Shown here in pieces: positions 1 to 9,266 of a DNA stretch of 61,944 nucleotides. Position numbers and translations under genes: made by a program. Every line of letters starts with the position of its first letter. Positions within the stretch are counted from its first letter, which is position 1. Below the pieces are notes generated by a model that did not search any database, was not told the origin of the DNA, and saw only the letters and a list, made by a program, of their open reading frames with translations. Source of the stretch: Clostridia bacterium (lineage in GTDB: Bacteria > Bacillota > Peptococcia > Peptococcales > BICA1-8); contig JASKKI010000005.1 of assembly GCA_030154225.1 (NCBI GenBank), positions 1-61,944 of the forward strand. The letters run 5' to 3'.

Positions 1-105
1 AGTTATCTACCTTGTTTTCTAAGTTATCTACCTTGTTTTCTAAGTTATCTACCTTGTTTTCTAAGTTATCTACCTTGTTTTCTAAGTTATCTACCTTGTG
101 ATTTA
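1..105. repeat. 21-bp perfect tandem repeat (agttatctaccttgttttcta), 4 copies plus a diverged fifth
   Basis: Read directly: units at 1-21, 22-42, 43-63 and 64-84 are identical, and unit 85-105 diverges after 15 nt. Encodes the heptad NKVDNLE on the minus strand. Confidence 0.95.
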
Positions 106-148
106 GATTTTTAATTTCACTCAATATTTCCTTTAACATCGTCTCCAT
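1..148 (-). CDS. coiled-coil heptad-repeat protein, N-terminal part (gene runs off the window start)
   Basis: ATG at 148-146 with a GAGGGGG RBS upstream. Translation is METMLKEILSEIKNLNHKVDNLENKVDNLENKVDN... It is truncated by the window edge, so it is not in the ORF track. Confidence 0.55.
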   Translation of the reverse strand, partial: METMLKEILSEIKNLNHKVDNLENKVDNLENKVDNLENKVDNLENKVDN

Positions 149-318
149 ATATTTCCTACCCCCTCTAAACAAAATTAATTCCAGCCCGTCCATTTTCTAC
201 TTATTATTATTCTAACTTAATTAAATGTAGAAAGCCAACATATAATTTACATTAATAATTAATTCTTAACTTTAAAATGAAAAAAGCTAGGATAGTGTGA
301 ATCCTTAACTCATTACTA

Positions 319-705
319 TTACTTTGTTGCAAAAATCTCTGTTACATACATAGTAGATCCTTTATATGCAATACCAATACCTAGATGGGTATAACCATTA
401 TACAAGATTGTCGCTTTATGAACACTACTACTCATAAAACCTTGATGAGCCTTTGTAACATTTGATGATTTACCTAAATTTTCACCTATCTGGCAAAAAA
501 CTATACCATTATTTCTTAACATATCTTCTACTTTACCATAGGCTGGTGATTCATGGGCAAAGTAATTATTTTTTACCATATCTCGGCTTTTAATTTTGGC
601 CCATTGACTGAGCTTAGGGTCAATCTGTAAAGACTTTAATCCTTTTTTATTCCGTTCTGTATTAATTAAATTGGCCAATTTCTTTTCCAGCTCTGTGATA
701 AACAC
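319..705 (-). CDS. CAP/SCP-domain protein (YkwD-like), domain only, no signal peptide
   Basis: 128 aa, GTG start, AAGGGG upstream. Paralogous to the C-terminal domain of 855..1643 (NNYFAHESP.YG...GENLG...H.GFM.S..H.....YTH.GIG...GS.MYVTEIF). Confidence 0.7.
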   Translation of the reverse strand: MFITELEKKLANLINTERNKKGLKSLQIDPKLSQWAKIKSRDMVKNNYFAHESPAYGKVEDMLRNNGIVFCQIGENLGKSSNVTKAHQGFMSSSVHKATILYNGYTHLGIGIAYKGSTMYVTEIFATK

Positions 706-828
706 TTATCTTTAAACACCCCTTTATTATAGATACAGTTTTATATTATATTTTTATGAAAAACTATGTTTCCTGTTGACACTCCAATCTAGTCATTAAT
801 CCATGTTACCCGAGTCTTGCGGCTAACG

Positions 829-855
829 TAAAAAAAGCTGAGGATGACCTCAGCT
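829..855 (-). terminator. intrinsic terminator after the YkwD-like gene
   Basis: Hairpin AGCTGAGG-atga-CCTCAGCT followed by a T-run on the minus strand. Confidence 0.65.
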
Positions 856-1643
856 TATCTCGCAACAAATATTTCAGTAACATACATAGTAGAACCTTTG
901 TAAACTATACCAATACCAACATGGGTGAAATTACCATTTAAAAGTGTAGCACGGTGAACACTGCTATTCATAAATCCTCTGTGGGCATTAGTAACACTGG
1001 AAGTTTTACCGAGATTCTCTCCTGCATAACGGAAATTAAGACCGGCATTCCTTAACATCTCTGATACATTACCATAAGTTGGTGATTCATGGGCAAAATA
1101 ATTATTATCAACCATATCCTGACTTTTAATTCTAGCCCATTTACTAAGCTCAGGATCAATTTGTAATGGTTTTTTTCCTCTTTGAATACGTTCCTGATTA
1201 ATTAAATCAACTAACTGTTTTTCCTCTGCCGTCATACCTGCATAATCCTGTGTTGAATTTTGTAGTTCCGGTGTTGGTTCCGGACTTGGTGCAGGCTCTG
1301 GAGCTGGTTGTGGTTCCTGTGGTTCTGGTGAAGTTGGCTCAGTTGGTGTAGTTGGTTCACTAGGTGTACTAGGTGTTGATGGCTGATTTTTATAGCGACT
1401 ATTATACCAGTTATTATACAAACTAGTCCAATCAACTGTAGTAGTTGTTTCTTGAGCAGGAGCTTGTGTTGGTTCATTAGGTATACTTGGGGTTGTTGAC
1501 TGGCTATTATTATAGTTGTTCAGGTATAAATCGGCATTTAACCAGGGGACAGCAGCTTTCGCTGGAGTAATACCCAAACCTAAAGATAAGAAACCAAACA
1601 TTAACATAGTAATAATACAAATCTTCATAGTAATTTTTTTCAT
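855..1643 (-). CDS. secreted CAP/SCP-domain protein, YkwD family, with Pro/Thr/Glu-rich linker
   Basis: ATG at 1643 sits 5 nt after AGGAGGGG. Has a signal peptide (MKKITMKICIITMLMFGFLSLGLGITPAKA), a low-complexity PEPT linker and a C-terminal CAP domain. Confidence 0.8.
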   Translation of the reverse strand: MKKITMKICIITMLMFGFLSLGLGITPAKAAVPWLNADLYLNNYNNSQSTTPSIPNEPTQAPAQETTTTVDWTSLYNNWYNSRYKNQPSTPSTPSEPTTPTEPTSPEPQEPQPAPEPAPSPEPTPELQNSTQDYAGMTAEEKQLVDLINQERIQRGKKPLQIDPELSKWARIKSQDMVDNNYFAHESPTYGNVSEMLRNAGLNFRYAGENLGKTSSVTNAHRGFMNSSVHRATLLNGNFTHVGIGIVYKGSTMYVTEIFVAR

Positions 1644-1888
1644 TTTACCCCTCCTAATATTTGCCATTTTTATAAGTTTATCCCAGGGTTAGATATTAAG
1701 AAAAGCTGCCTTAAAATTTAAAACTTACTTAAAGTTCAATAAACTGGCCTGGCAGCCAGTTCATTCTATAACATACTAGTTTTTTTTACAAACTCTATAA
1801 ATTAGTTCTATAAATGACTAATATAGTTATTCACAGGTATACAGCTTTATACGATAGAATGATTATTATTAATGGTTAAACCCTTTTT

Positions 1889-3514
1889 TTACAATCTTTT
1901 TCTAAACAAAGGAAACGGGGTATTTCTCATATTCTGCAATTGTTGTTTAAATTCAGCTTCTTTTTTTTCTAATTGAGAAATAATCGCTCCCTTTTCCGCT
2001 AATTTCCGCCTTAGTTCCTCATTCAAATTCTGAATAGTTTCTAAACTTTGCTTTAACTTTTCATTTTCTTGTTGGAATGTTTTTAATTCCTCTTCATAAA
2101 ATTTTTTTTTGGTTATTTGTTCTTTATTTTTCTCAAGTAAGCTATCTTTCAACTTTTGAATAATTTTTTCTAAACTTTGCTCTTTTTCCTTTTGTTTGAG
2201 TATTTGTTGTTCTTTTTCAAAAATTTCCATTTTTAATTGTTCAATATGCTTCGTTTTTTCTTCAATAGTTTCTTTTAAAGCATCGATCATTTTTATTTCG
2301 TCCATTTCAAAAAGCAGCCTGCGAAAGTTTCCATTTATTTTTTCCAGATATTTATGAAGCTCTTGCCAGGCTTCATTTAACTTTAAATTACTCATACTAG
2401 AATTACTTTCACTGTTTTCTTCTTTTTTTTGAGTGTTACTTACTTTATTATCTTCAACCATTTCAATACCTGCAAATTCCGAAATTGCTAAATAAGCCGA
2501 AGTACTGCCTGGATCAAAAGTTGTTTGATTAAAATAAGGAATCTTATCTGTATCCAGCAAAATATGTTCATACTTAGCCAAATCTTGATATCTTTCCTTA
2601 AGGAATGGTTCAGAAAAATTCAAACCACTATCATTAGAAATGGACTGAAAAATCCCTTCTCTTTGCTGCCAGTAAACTTCCACCCTATTTTCTATAATAT
2701 TTACCACCGGTGAATAGCAATAATCTTTCGGTTCAGATAAATATTGCTCTTTTTGCCAACCACTTACCATCCAGGCTCCTGTAGTTCTAAGTTTACGACG
2801 GTACAGGACCCGTAAATTCATACCCTCGGACCGAACCCATGTCAAATGCATGGTACCCTTTTTATCTATTATTAAATATGGATTTAAATTTATTCCAAGG
2901 GAAGCAGTAATTGGTATTTTTTCACTCCATTGGTTTAGAGAAAAATGTTTTTTTCGGTAAATTAATTGATAATATCCGTTTTTAAAAACTTCATATATTA
3001 AATATATTGTCCCCTCTAAATCCAGAGCAACAGCTCCTTGATTGAGATTTGAACCTAGACCATAATCAATTTCCTCAGGTGGACTCCACAGGCCATCACT
3101 TTTAAAGCAATATTTTATTTTCCAGAAGTCGCCAGACAATTTTTCAGTAAATATAAATAAATTTACATTTCCTTTACTATCAATAAGAATTTTTTGCTGG
3201 TTTATCTTTTCCTGGCTAATCCATTTATGGTCTAATAAGTCAACGGTAATTTTTTGTCCCTGCCAGCAGCAATATTGTATGTTTTCATTGTTATTTTTAC
3301 AAACTATATGTAATTTGTTTTCATCACTAATAGTAAATGAAAATAAACCATTATAATCACTGATTAGCTCCTGCCAATCTAACCAAGTACAGCCTGCATC
3401 CCAAGAATACTTCCCCCATAATTTATTTTCAATAATTTTTAAAACCCAGACATTTTTTTTATTTTTTATAGAAAATATGTGGCGATTAAATACTCCTTCC
3501 CTTTGCTCCTCCAT
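1889..3514 (-). CDS. Asp-box (BNR-like) repeat protein with about 170-aa C-terminal coiled coil
   Basis: ATG at 3514 after GAGGGGGTGG. Exact Asp-box SWDAGCTW (SxDxGxTW) and a weaker SNDSGLNF. The C-terminus is E/K/Q-rich heptad sequence. Confidence 0.6.
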   Translation of the reverse strand: MEEQREGVFNRHIFSIKNKKNVWVLKIIENKLWGKYSWDAGCTWLDWQELISDYNGLFSFTISDENKLHIVCKNNNENIQYCCWQGQKITVDLLDHKWISQEKINQQKILIDSKGNVNLFIFTEKLSGDFWKIKYCFKSDGLWSPPEEIDYGLGSNLNQGAVALDLEGTIYLIYEVFKNGYYQLIYRKKHFSLNQWSEKIPITASLGINLNPYLIIDKKGTMHLTWVRSEGMNLRVLYRRKLRTTGAWMVSGWQKEQYLSEPKDYCYSPVVNIIENRVEVYWQQREGIFQSISNDSGLNFSEPFLKERYQDLAKYEHILLDTDKIPYFNQTTFDPGSTSAYLAISEFAGIEMVEDNKVSNTQKKEENSESNSSMSNLKLNEAWQELHKYLEKINGNFRRLLFEMDEIKMIDALKETIEEKTKHIEQLKMEIFEKEQQILKQKEKEQSLEKIIQKLKDSLLEKNKEQITKKKFYEEELKTFQQENEKLKQSLETIQNLNEELRRKLAEKGAIISQLEKKEAEFKQQLQNMRNTPFPLFRKRL

Positions 3515-3718
3515 GATTATCACCACCCCCTCTAATAAATATTCAAGAGCTTTTAATATATGCTTAAGTATTTCTCATTCTTATTACTAACAGGACCTAG
3601 CTGTAAGATGAATTTTATTTAAATACAATATTTACCATTGCAAAAATTTTGTTTCCTATTTATTTTTTTAGAATATCTTATTAAAAAGGGTAATTTAAGA
3701 ATAAAAAGGAGGCATATT

Positions 3719-4027
3719 ATGAAGATCAAGAAACAGACTTGGCCAACTTTGCCCTGGGATACTAATAAAGATACTAAAAAACCAAACTCTTTTGAAAATA
3801 AAGCACAAAAAGAGACTACCCCTACCAATGGAAAACAATCTACTACAGTAAATGTTTCTCAAAAAGAGGATGATGAATTTATTTTGAAAGACACTTCCTC
3901 CCAAAATATAGCCCTTAATAATGAACAAGAATCTTTTTCGGAAAGTATTGCTGAACAGGAAATCATAACCATTGGTGAAGAACAAACTCCTCCTTTACCT
4001 ACTGGTAGAGGAATTCGGATTTTCTAG
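3719..4027 (+). CDS. small hydrophilic protein ending in ...GRGIRIF
   Basis: ATG at 3719 lies 7 nt after AAAGGAGG. The track ORF start at 3638 has no RBS. 102 aa. Confidence 0.6.
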   Translation: MKIKKQTWPTLPWDTNKDTKKPNSFENKAQKETTPTNGKQSTTVNVSQKEDDEFILKDTSSQNIALNNEQESFSESIAEQEIITIGEEQTPPLPTGRGIRIF

Positions 4028-4080
4028 CTTTCTCACCTCGCCAGAGGCTTGGTGCAAGCAAGCTCTCTATTATGTAAAAA

Positions 4081-4105
4081 GTATCCGGTATTATCCGGAT
4101 ACTTT
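4081..4105 (+). terminator. hairpin terminator
   Basis: GTATCCGG-tattat-CCGGATAC followed by TTT. Confidence 0.45.
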
Positions 4106-4273
4106 ACACAAATTTTAAATTTCTAGATAACTATTTTAAAGGAATAAGCTAAAATAATACATTAAAATTTTAAAGTTTACTTCCTTGACCTTTTTTGTCT
4201 CCAATCTCAAAATTTCGGAATATGTTATTAATGAGAGATATAAGTATTTATCACCTTAGAAAGGAGGCAGAAC

Positions 4274-4840
4274 ATGCCAGTTGGAGATAATGTGGTTTTA
4301 AATGGATATACAATAACCCTGGCGAATATTGATAATAGTAACTGCCCAAACTCACAAACCTGGACCTATACAGTTGTAAGAACTGCTACCCTTGAAAATG
4401 CAATAAGATTTTGGAGCCTCGGCCTAGAACATGAACCACCATTTATCATTCTAGATACCGATAACATGACAAACATAGGTATGGCAGATGTAGACTTTTC
4501 AGACCCGGTTTGTTTAGATTCTCTACCACCTACGAGGCCTGTTATTAAATGGGATATTCCACAACCTACCGACCTATTTGTTACCGGAACATTTTCCTTT
4601 ACACTACAAGGATGTTTTGGTGAACAGCAGAGGGATGTTGCCTTAAATGCCGGAGGTACATGTTTCTTCGGGCAAATAACAGGACCTAGCTGTCAACCAC
4701 TAACTACAACTACTACAAATAATGGAACTACAACTACTACAACATCGACAACCACTACAACTACTACAACTACTACAACATCGACAACCACTACCACAAC
4801 TACCACGACAAGACCTGTTAGAGGAGTTGCTATTTTCTAA
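4274..4840 (+). CDS. Thr-rich (putative O-glycosylated) surface protein ending in ...RPVRGVAIF
   Basis: GAAAGGAGG RBS. 188 aa: a globular Cys-containing N-domain, then about 40 residues that are almost all Thr, then a short C-terminal motif. Confidence 0.7.
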   Translation: MPVGDNVVLNGYTITLANIDNSNCPNSQTWTYTVVRTATLENAIRFWSLGLEHEPPFIILDTDNMTNIGMADVDFSDPVCLDSLPPTRPVIKWDIPQPTDLFVTGTFSFTLQGCFGEQQRDVALNAGGTCFFGQITGPSCQPLTTTTTNNGTTTTTTSTTTTTTTTTTTSTTTTTTTTTRPVRGVAIF

Positions 4841-4850
4841 AAAAGCTAAA

Positions 4851-4888
4851 AGAAGTCTAGGTGTCATAACCACCTAGACTTCTTTTTT
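4851..4888 (+). terminator. intrinsic terminator
   Basis: 13-bp stem AGAAGTCTAGGTG/CACCTAGACTTCT followed by TTTTT. Confidence 0.85.
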
Positions 4889-4983
4889 CACATTTGTCAT
4901 AAGTTATTAACTACATTTATAAAAATTAATAAAACAGAACTATTACTATGAACTATTAACTTAAAAATGTTTAAGGAGGATCC

Positions 4984-6273
4984 ATGAACATGAAAGTTGC
5001 ACTTTTAACTATGTTTAACGGCCTGGATAAAACATATTCACTGGTAAATGTAGTAACAGAACACCTACGTATGCTTCTGGATGCAAACATTCCAACAAAA
5101 GTCCTGGTTAGTCAGGATTGTCCCGATAATGAGAGGACTGGCATATTTAATGATGAAAGGATAGAATGGGTAAAAATTACCAATAGATTGAATGGTAAAC
5201 TAATTAATTGGTACGATTATTCCCAATCCAATGGAAAAGTCCATGATACTTTTTTCGAAGAAGCAGAGGTAATAGCTAAGGATTTGGTTGATAAACTTAG
5301 TGACGTAGATGTATGTATTATGCATGATATACATTACCAGAGTTGGCATTTGGTGCATAATGTGGCAGTAAGAAAAACACAAGAAAAACTTCCCCAGATC
5401 AAATTTATCGCTTTTACCCATTCTGCTCCAGTTAACCGGCCACCCCAACCCAAATGGCCCTTTTCCGCCCGTTTTACCCCGATGCCAAAAACCATCTATG
5501 TCTACCCTACCCAGGCAGGAATACCTGCTCTAGCCAAACAATATGATGTAGCCGAAGGAAAGTGCCGGGTAGTTAATAATAGTTTAGACCTCTTGGCCAA
5601 TATGAGTGATGATCTTAATAAAATTGCCGAACAGGTGGATTTACTTTCACCTGATATCCTGATTATTTATCCAGGTAGATTAACACCTGGCAAAAAATTT
5701 GAAAAAGTTGCTGCTTTTGCCGGCGCGATCAAAAGAAAAGCAGAACGAAAGATAACTATAGTTTTTTGTGATTTTCCATGTATGGATATTAAGCCTGAAA
5801 TATATAAAAATAGAATTAAAGTTGTGGGTAAGGAATTTGGCCTTGGGGAAAATGATTTGCATTTCACTTCCGATCTGGGTTATCCTATGGGATTCCCCAG
5901 ACATGGAGTACTTGAATTGTTTACATTGTCTAACCTTTTTATCTGCCCTTCTTATTCCGAATCTTTTGGTTTAACAGTCTTGGAAGCAGCAAGCAGGGGT
6001 AATTTTCTTGTTTTAAATCAAGCAGTTCCGGCCTTAGAAGAGTTAGGTAAAAAACTGAATGCTTATTTTATGCGTTGGGATGCAAGAAATTTTGGTTTTG
6101 ATACCAAAGAACAGTACCATCCTTCTGAACAGGTTTATTTAGAAGAACATGCAGATATAATAATAAATTTAATGAGAGAAAATCCTGTTATTTATTCCAA
6201 AACTATGGTTAGACAACGTTACAGTCCCCAGTGGGTATGGAAAAACCAGTTAGAGCCTTTACTGGAAACATAA
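4984..6273 (+). CDS. GT-B fold glycosyltransferase (GT4-like)
   Basis: AAGGAGG RBS. C-terminal motif PSYSESFGLTVLEAASRGN is typical of the GT4 E-x7-E region. Confidence 0.75.
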   Translation: MNMKVALLTMFNGLDKTYSLVNVVTEHLRMLLDANIPTKVLVSQDCPDNERTGIFNDERIEWVKITNRLNGKLINWYDYSQSNGKVHDTFFEEAEVIAKDLVDKLSDVDVCIMHDIHYQSWHLVHNVAVRKTQEKLPQIKFIAFTHSAPVNRPPQPKWPFSARFTPMPKTIYVYPTQAGIPALAKQYDVAEGKCRVVNNSLDLLANMSDDLNKIAEQVDLLSPDILIIYPGRLTPGKKFEKVAAFAGAIKRKAERKITIVFCDFPCMDIKPEIYKNRIKVVGKEFGLGENDLHFTSDLGYPMGFPRHGVLELFTLSNLFICPSYSESFGLTVLEAASRGNFLVLNQAVPALEELGKKLNAYFMRWDARNFGFDTKEQYHPSEQVYLEEHADIIINLMRENPVIYSKTMVRQRYSPQWVWKNQLEPLLET

Positions 6274-6306
6274 AAATATTCTGGGTATCAACCCAGAATA
6301 TTTTTA
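6272..6306. terminator. bidirectional terminator between convergent genes
   Basis: 12-bp stem AATATTCTGGGT/ACCCAGAATATT flanked by A- and T-runs. Confidence 0.8.
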
Positions 6307-6504
6307 TGTTTCTCTAATCCATTCCCTAATTTCATCATATGTTCCTAAATCTCTATAAGATCCCGTAGAGAAACAATAACAATATACTTTTTTCTCTTTA
6401 ATCAAGCCTGTAAGAGCATCAGTTAAAACTATCTCTCTTTTTCCATTACTTACTTTGCTTATTAGCGAGAATGAATTTTTGGATTTCTTCAAATTTTCTA
6501 GCAA
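6304..6504 (-). pseudogene. possible C-terminal remnant of a sugar-nucleotidyltransferase
   Basis: The ORF has no RBS and overlaps the 3' end of the GT2 gene in another frame. The segment KKVYCYCFSTGSYRDLGTYDEI resembles the ...V.GY...G.W.DIGT.ED... C-terminus of NTP-transferases. Confidence 0.3.
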
Positions 6505-6955
6505 AGTTTTCTATTTCTTGTATGGAATCAAATCTGATCCCAACATTTTGCGATCCCGTAGCATAAGAAAGAAATGGTACAGCTACACCAACGGAATAAT
6601 CATTTTGTAAAATTTTAGCTATGCCATCAAACCAACCTTCTGGAAAAATTAAATCGTTATTCATAACAGTAATGGTATTCCCTCTACTTTCGGCAAGCCC
6701 AACATTTAAGCCTATTGTATAGCCCATATTTTCATTCAACCGGATATTAATAATTTCGATAGGCCCAGGAGTATACATTTTTATTAATTCTTCAATAGCA
6801 ACACTTGTTTCATCTGTGGACCCATTATCGACAATAATTAGTTCAATCCCTTTTGATTTATATGATGCGCCCAAGGATTTAATTAAAGAAGTAATTGCTT
6901 GTTGAGAGAGATGCCAATTATTGTAACACACCATAATAAAACTAAAATAAGGCAT
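6446..6955 (-). CDS. family 2 glycosyltransferase, apparently truncated (169 aa)
   Basis: N-terminus FSFIMVCYNN...IIVDNGSTDET...NNDLIF is a classic GT2 GT-A fold. The protein stops before the usual C-terminal acceptor region. Confidence 0.65.
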   Translation of the reverse strand: MPYFSFIMVCYNNWHLSQQAITSLIKSLGASYKSKGIELIIVDNGSTDETSVAIEELIKMYTPGPIEIINIRLNENMGYTIGLNVGLAESRGNTITVMNNDLIFPEGWFDGIAKILQNDYSVGVAVPFLSYATGSQNVGIRFDSIQEIENFARKFEEIQKFILANKQSK

Positions 6956-6958
6956 TTT

Positions 6959-7564
6959 TTATTCGCTCCCTTTAAATTTAAGTGAATCCAGCCACCACAG
7001 AGCGAGGGATTTATCAGCATAGGGCTTTTCTTTAATAATGTAAAGTGGTTTAGGAAAAATAAAAGGCTCTTTTTGTAAGTTTAAATGACGCCAATCTCCT
7101 GTTTTAATATCTTTATTAGTTGGATGTTCCGTAAAAGTAGTTGTTAAAAGATATTTAGAAGAGCTTCTTTTAAAATTATTTAATGTCTGCCAAATATTCT
7201 GGAAGGAAAAATGAACTAAACAATCTCGACAAATAATTAAATCCACTGCTGGCAAAGGCTCACTGGTAATATCTAAATAAAGAAACTTTCTTTGGTGATT
7301 TGAGTAATAATGGTTGTTCTTTTCAATCAGCTCTGACACAATATCAACACCAAAGTATTGTTCTATATCCAGGTTAACAAGTTTCATCCAATTAAAATCT
7401 CCACAAGGGGCATCTAAAACTGTTTTTATATGAAAACTTTTAATTAATATTGGAAGTTTCTTGATAATTTCTTCTGTTGCCTCAACACTTGAACCAGGTC
7501 CCGAAACTGATTCTGTTCCTCCCCACATGTTGCCTTCATATATTTGCTGAAAAATATCTTTCAA
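6959..7564 (-). CDS. class I SAM-dependent methyltransferase
   Basis: Motif I VLDAPCGDFNWM and an N-terminal SGPGSS motif. The stop lies 3 nt before the GT2 start, suggesting an operon. Confidence 0.7.
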   Translation of the reverse strand: MKDIFQQIYEGNMWGGTESVSGPGSSVEATEEIIKKLPILIKSFHIKTVLDAPCGDFNWMKLVNLDIEQYFGVDIVSELIEKNNHYYSNHQRKFLYLDITSEPLPAVDLIICRDCLVHFSFQNIWQTLNNFKRSSSKYLLTTTFTEHPTNKDIKTGDWRHLNLQKEPFIFPKPLYIIKEKPYADKSLALWWLDSLKFKGSE

Positions 7565-7676
7565 TCTAAGATCAACCCTTCGTCTTAATTTGTATTTCTA
7601 TTTCTAATATATGACTTAAATGTCAGAAATGCTTATTACAGTATTCAAGACATAAATACCCTAGTCTAAGTTTAAG

Positions 7677-7710
7677 GCAAAAATTAACCACCCGCAAAGG
7701 GGGTGGTTAA
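7677..7710 (-). terminator. intrinsic terminator after the C11 peptidase gene
   Basis: Stem TTAACCACCC/GGGTGGTTAA with runs on both sides. Confidence 0.8.
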
Positions 7711-7714
7711 TTTT

Positions 7715-8968
7715 TTATCTTAATTTAAAATTAGTATGCTGTTCCCATTTTTTATACTCCAGTAACCTCCGAACAATTTTTTCCAACTGTTCTTGTTCGG
7801 CATTAGGATTCATTATAGATATTAGGGTTACCAGGGCCTGAAATGGTAAAATTGTAGGTTTCAATTGCCTACCTTCTTCTAAAGTTCTACTTTCTTCCCA
7901 AAATAACTTTCCTAACAATTTAGGCCAGTGATTATTGTTAGCAAAGCCTAATTTTAAATAACATACTGCCAGTTTATTACCTGTAGTTTTATGGGCAATA
8001 TCTATTAGATTACTTTTAAAATTTGTAATCCTCTGAGAATAAATGATTAATGATAACAAACTTTTTTTTAAATCTTTTACATATGATAACAAGGGGTCCG
8101 AGCCATCATTAATTTCTAATAATTGGGAAAGATTTATAGTACTTCTCTGTTCAGTTTTTAATAATAATTGTGCTAAGTCATTTGCTGTTCTTTTGATTTT
8201 TTCCAGTTTTTTGTAATTTATGTTAAATGCTACTAGATCCAGGTTTATTCCTTCAATTATATTTTTAACTAAAAGGTTTAGATCAACTAAGTTATGGTTT
8301 TTTTCAACAATACTAATTAATTTATCAAGGGGGAGACCAGCAATAGGTCCATATTCAATATAGGTAAGAACATTTTTTACCGTATGGCTTTTCTCTTTCG
8401 CTAATTCGTATAGTATTTCAACCATATTCATATAACAGGTATCTAAAACTAATAAGTCTATACCTATCCCCTTAGTTTTTTGCACTAAACTTAGTGCTTT
8501 ACACATCTCGGGAATGCCCATTATATAAGGAAGATTTTGACTGTAATCTGTTAATGTTCCTAAATACTCGAAACTATGGCCACCTAATATTAGCATAAAT
8601 TTTTTTGCCGGATAATTTTCCATCCCCCAGGTAATAAATTCATACAGAACTTTAGGATCTGCCATATTCTGAAAACCCAAATCTTTAATTACTGGAGAAG
8701 ACAAATTTTCACGGGAATTACCTGTATTTTTTGTAACATAGTATCTTCTTACACCTGTCCATGTATCACCGGTATCAGTAAGAACATCTGATGGTCTAAG
8801 TATTTTGGCTAAAGTCCTTTCCATTCTACCCAATTGAACTAGAACATTAACACTTTTACTGGAACCTATTTTTTCTGCCGCCAAGACCGATTGATACATC
8901 TCTGGCTCGAATTCATTATTCCCATTGGCATAAATAAGGATAGTCCAACTTTTCTTAACATCTCTCAA
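7715..8968 (-). CDS. clostripain-like cysteine peptidase (family C11)
   Basis: N-terminus WTILIYANGNNEFE. Candidate His (LILGGHSFE) and Cys (LVLDTCYMN) dyad in the usual order. Confidence 0.7.
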   Translation of the reverse strand: MRDVKKSWTILIYANGNNEFEPEMYQSVLAAEKIGSSKSVNVLVQLGRMERTLAKILRPSDVLTDTGDTWTGVRRYYVTKNTGNSRENLSSPVIKDLGFQNMADPKVLYEFITWGMENYPAKKFMLILGGHSFEYLGTLTDYSQNLPYIMGIPEMCKALSLVQKTKGIGIDLLVLDTCYMNMVEILYELAKEKSHTVKNVLTYIEYGPIAGLPLDKLISIVEKNHNLVDLNLLVKNIIEGINLDLVAFNINYKKLEKIKRTANDLAQLLLKTEQRSTINLSQLLEINDGSDPLLSYVKDLKKSLLSLIIYSQRITNFKSNLIDIAHKTTGNKLAVCYLKLGFANNNHWPKLLGKLFWEESRTLEEGRQLKPTILPFQALVTLISIMNPNAEQEQLEKIVRRLLEYKKWEQHTNFKLR

Positions 8969-9202
8969 AGCAAATCACCCGATATTATCAGTATATATAG
9001 CTAGGGTATTCCCGTTTAAGTAAAATAGTGAAATAATCAAAGAAAGCTTTATGGAAAAAGATGTGTAGGAGTAGATATGACCCATATACCCTCGCTTCTT
9101 TAAGAGTTGTAAAAGTTGCATAAAGCAAGACTTTAATAATGTTTGGAGCTTATTACTATATATTCTCGTTACATCAGTGTATTACCATTTAGATTTAGGA
9201 AA

Positions 9203-9232
9203 CTTAAAACCGAGCATAGCTCGGTTTAAGTT
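9203..9232 (-). terminator. intrinsic terminator
   Basis: AAACCGAGC-ata-GCTCGGTTT. Confidence 0.7.
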
Positions 9233-9266
9233 ACTTGATATGTATTAAGAATTTAGGGTGCCAAAA

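Noticed and set aside
3638-3718. Upstream extension of the 3719..4027 gene, and the overlapping minus-strand ORFs 3619..3828 and 3695..3985
   Set aside because: The extension has no RBS and a hydrophobic nonsense sequence. A strong AAAGGAGG sits just before the ATG at 3719. The antisense ORFs have no start signals.
4690-4810. ACn-rich DNA repeat that could be mistaken for a non-coding microsatellite
   Set aside because: It is in frame inside 4274..4840 and encodes the poly-Thr tract. It is treated as coding low complexity.
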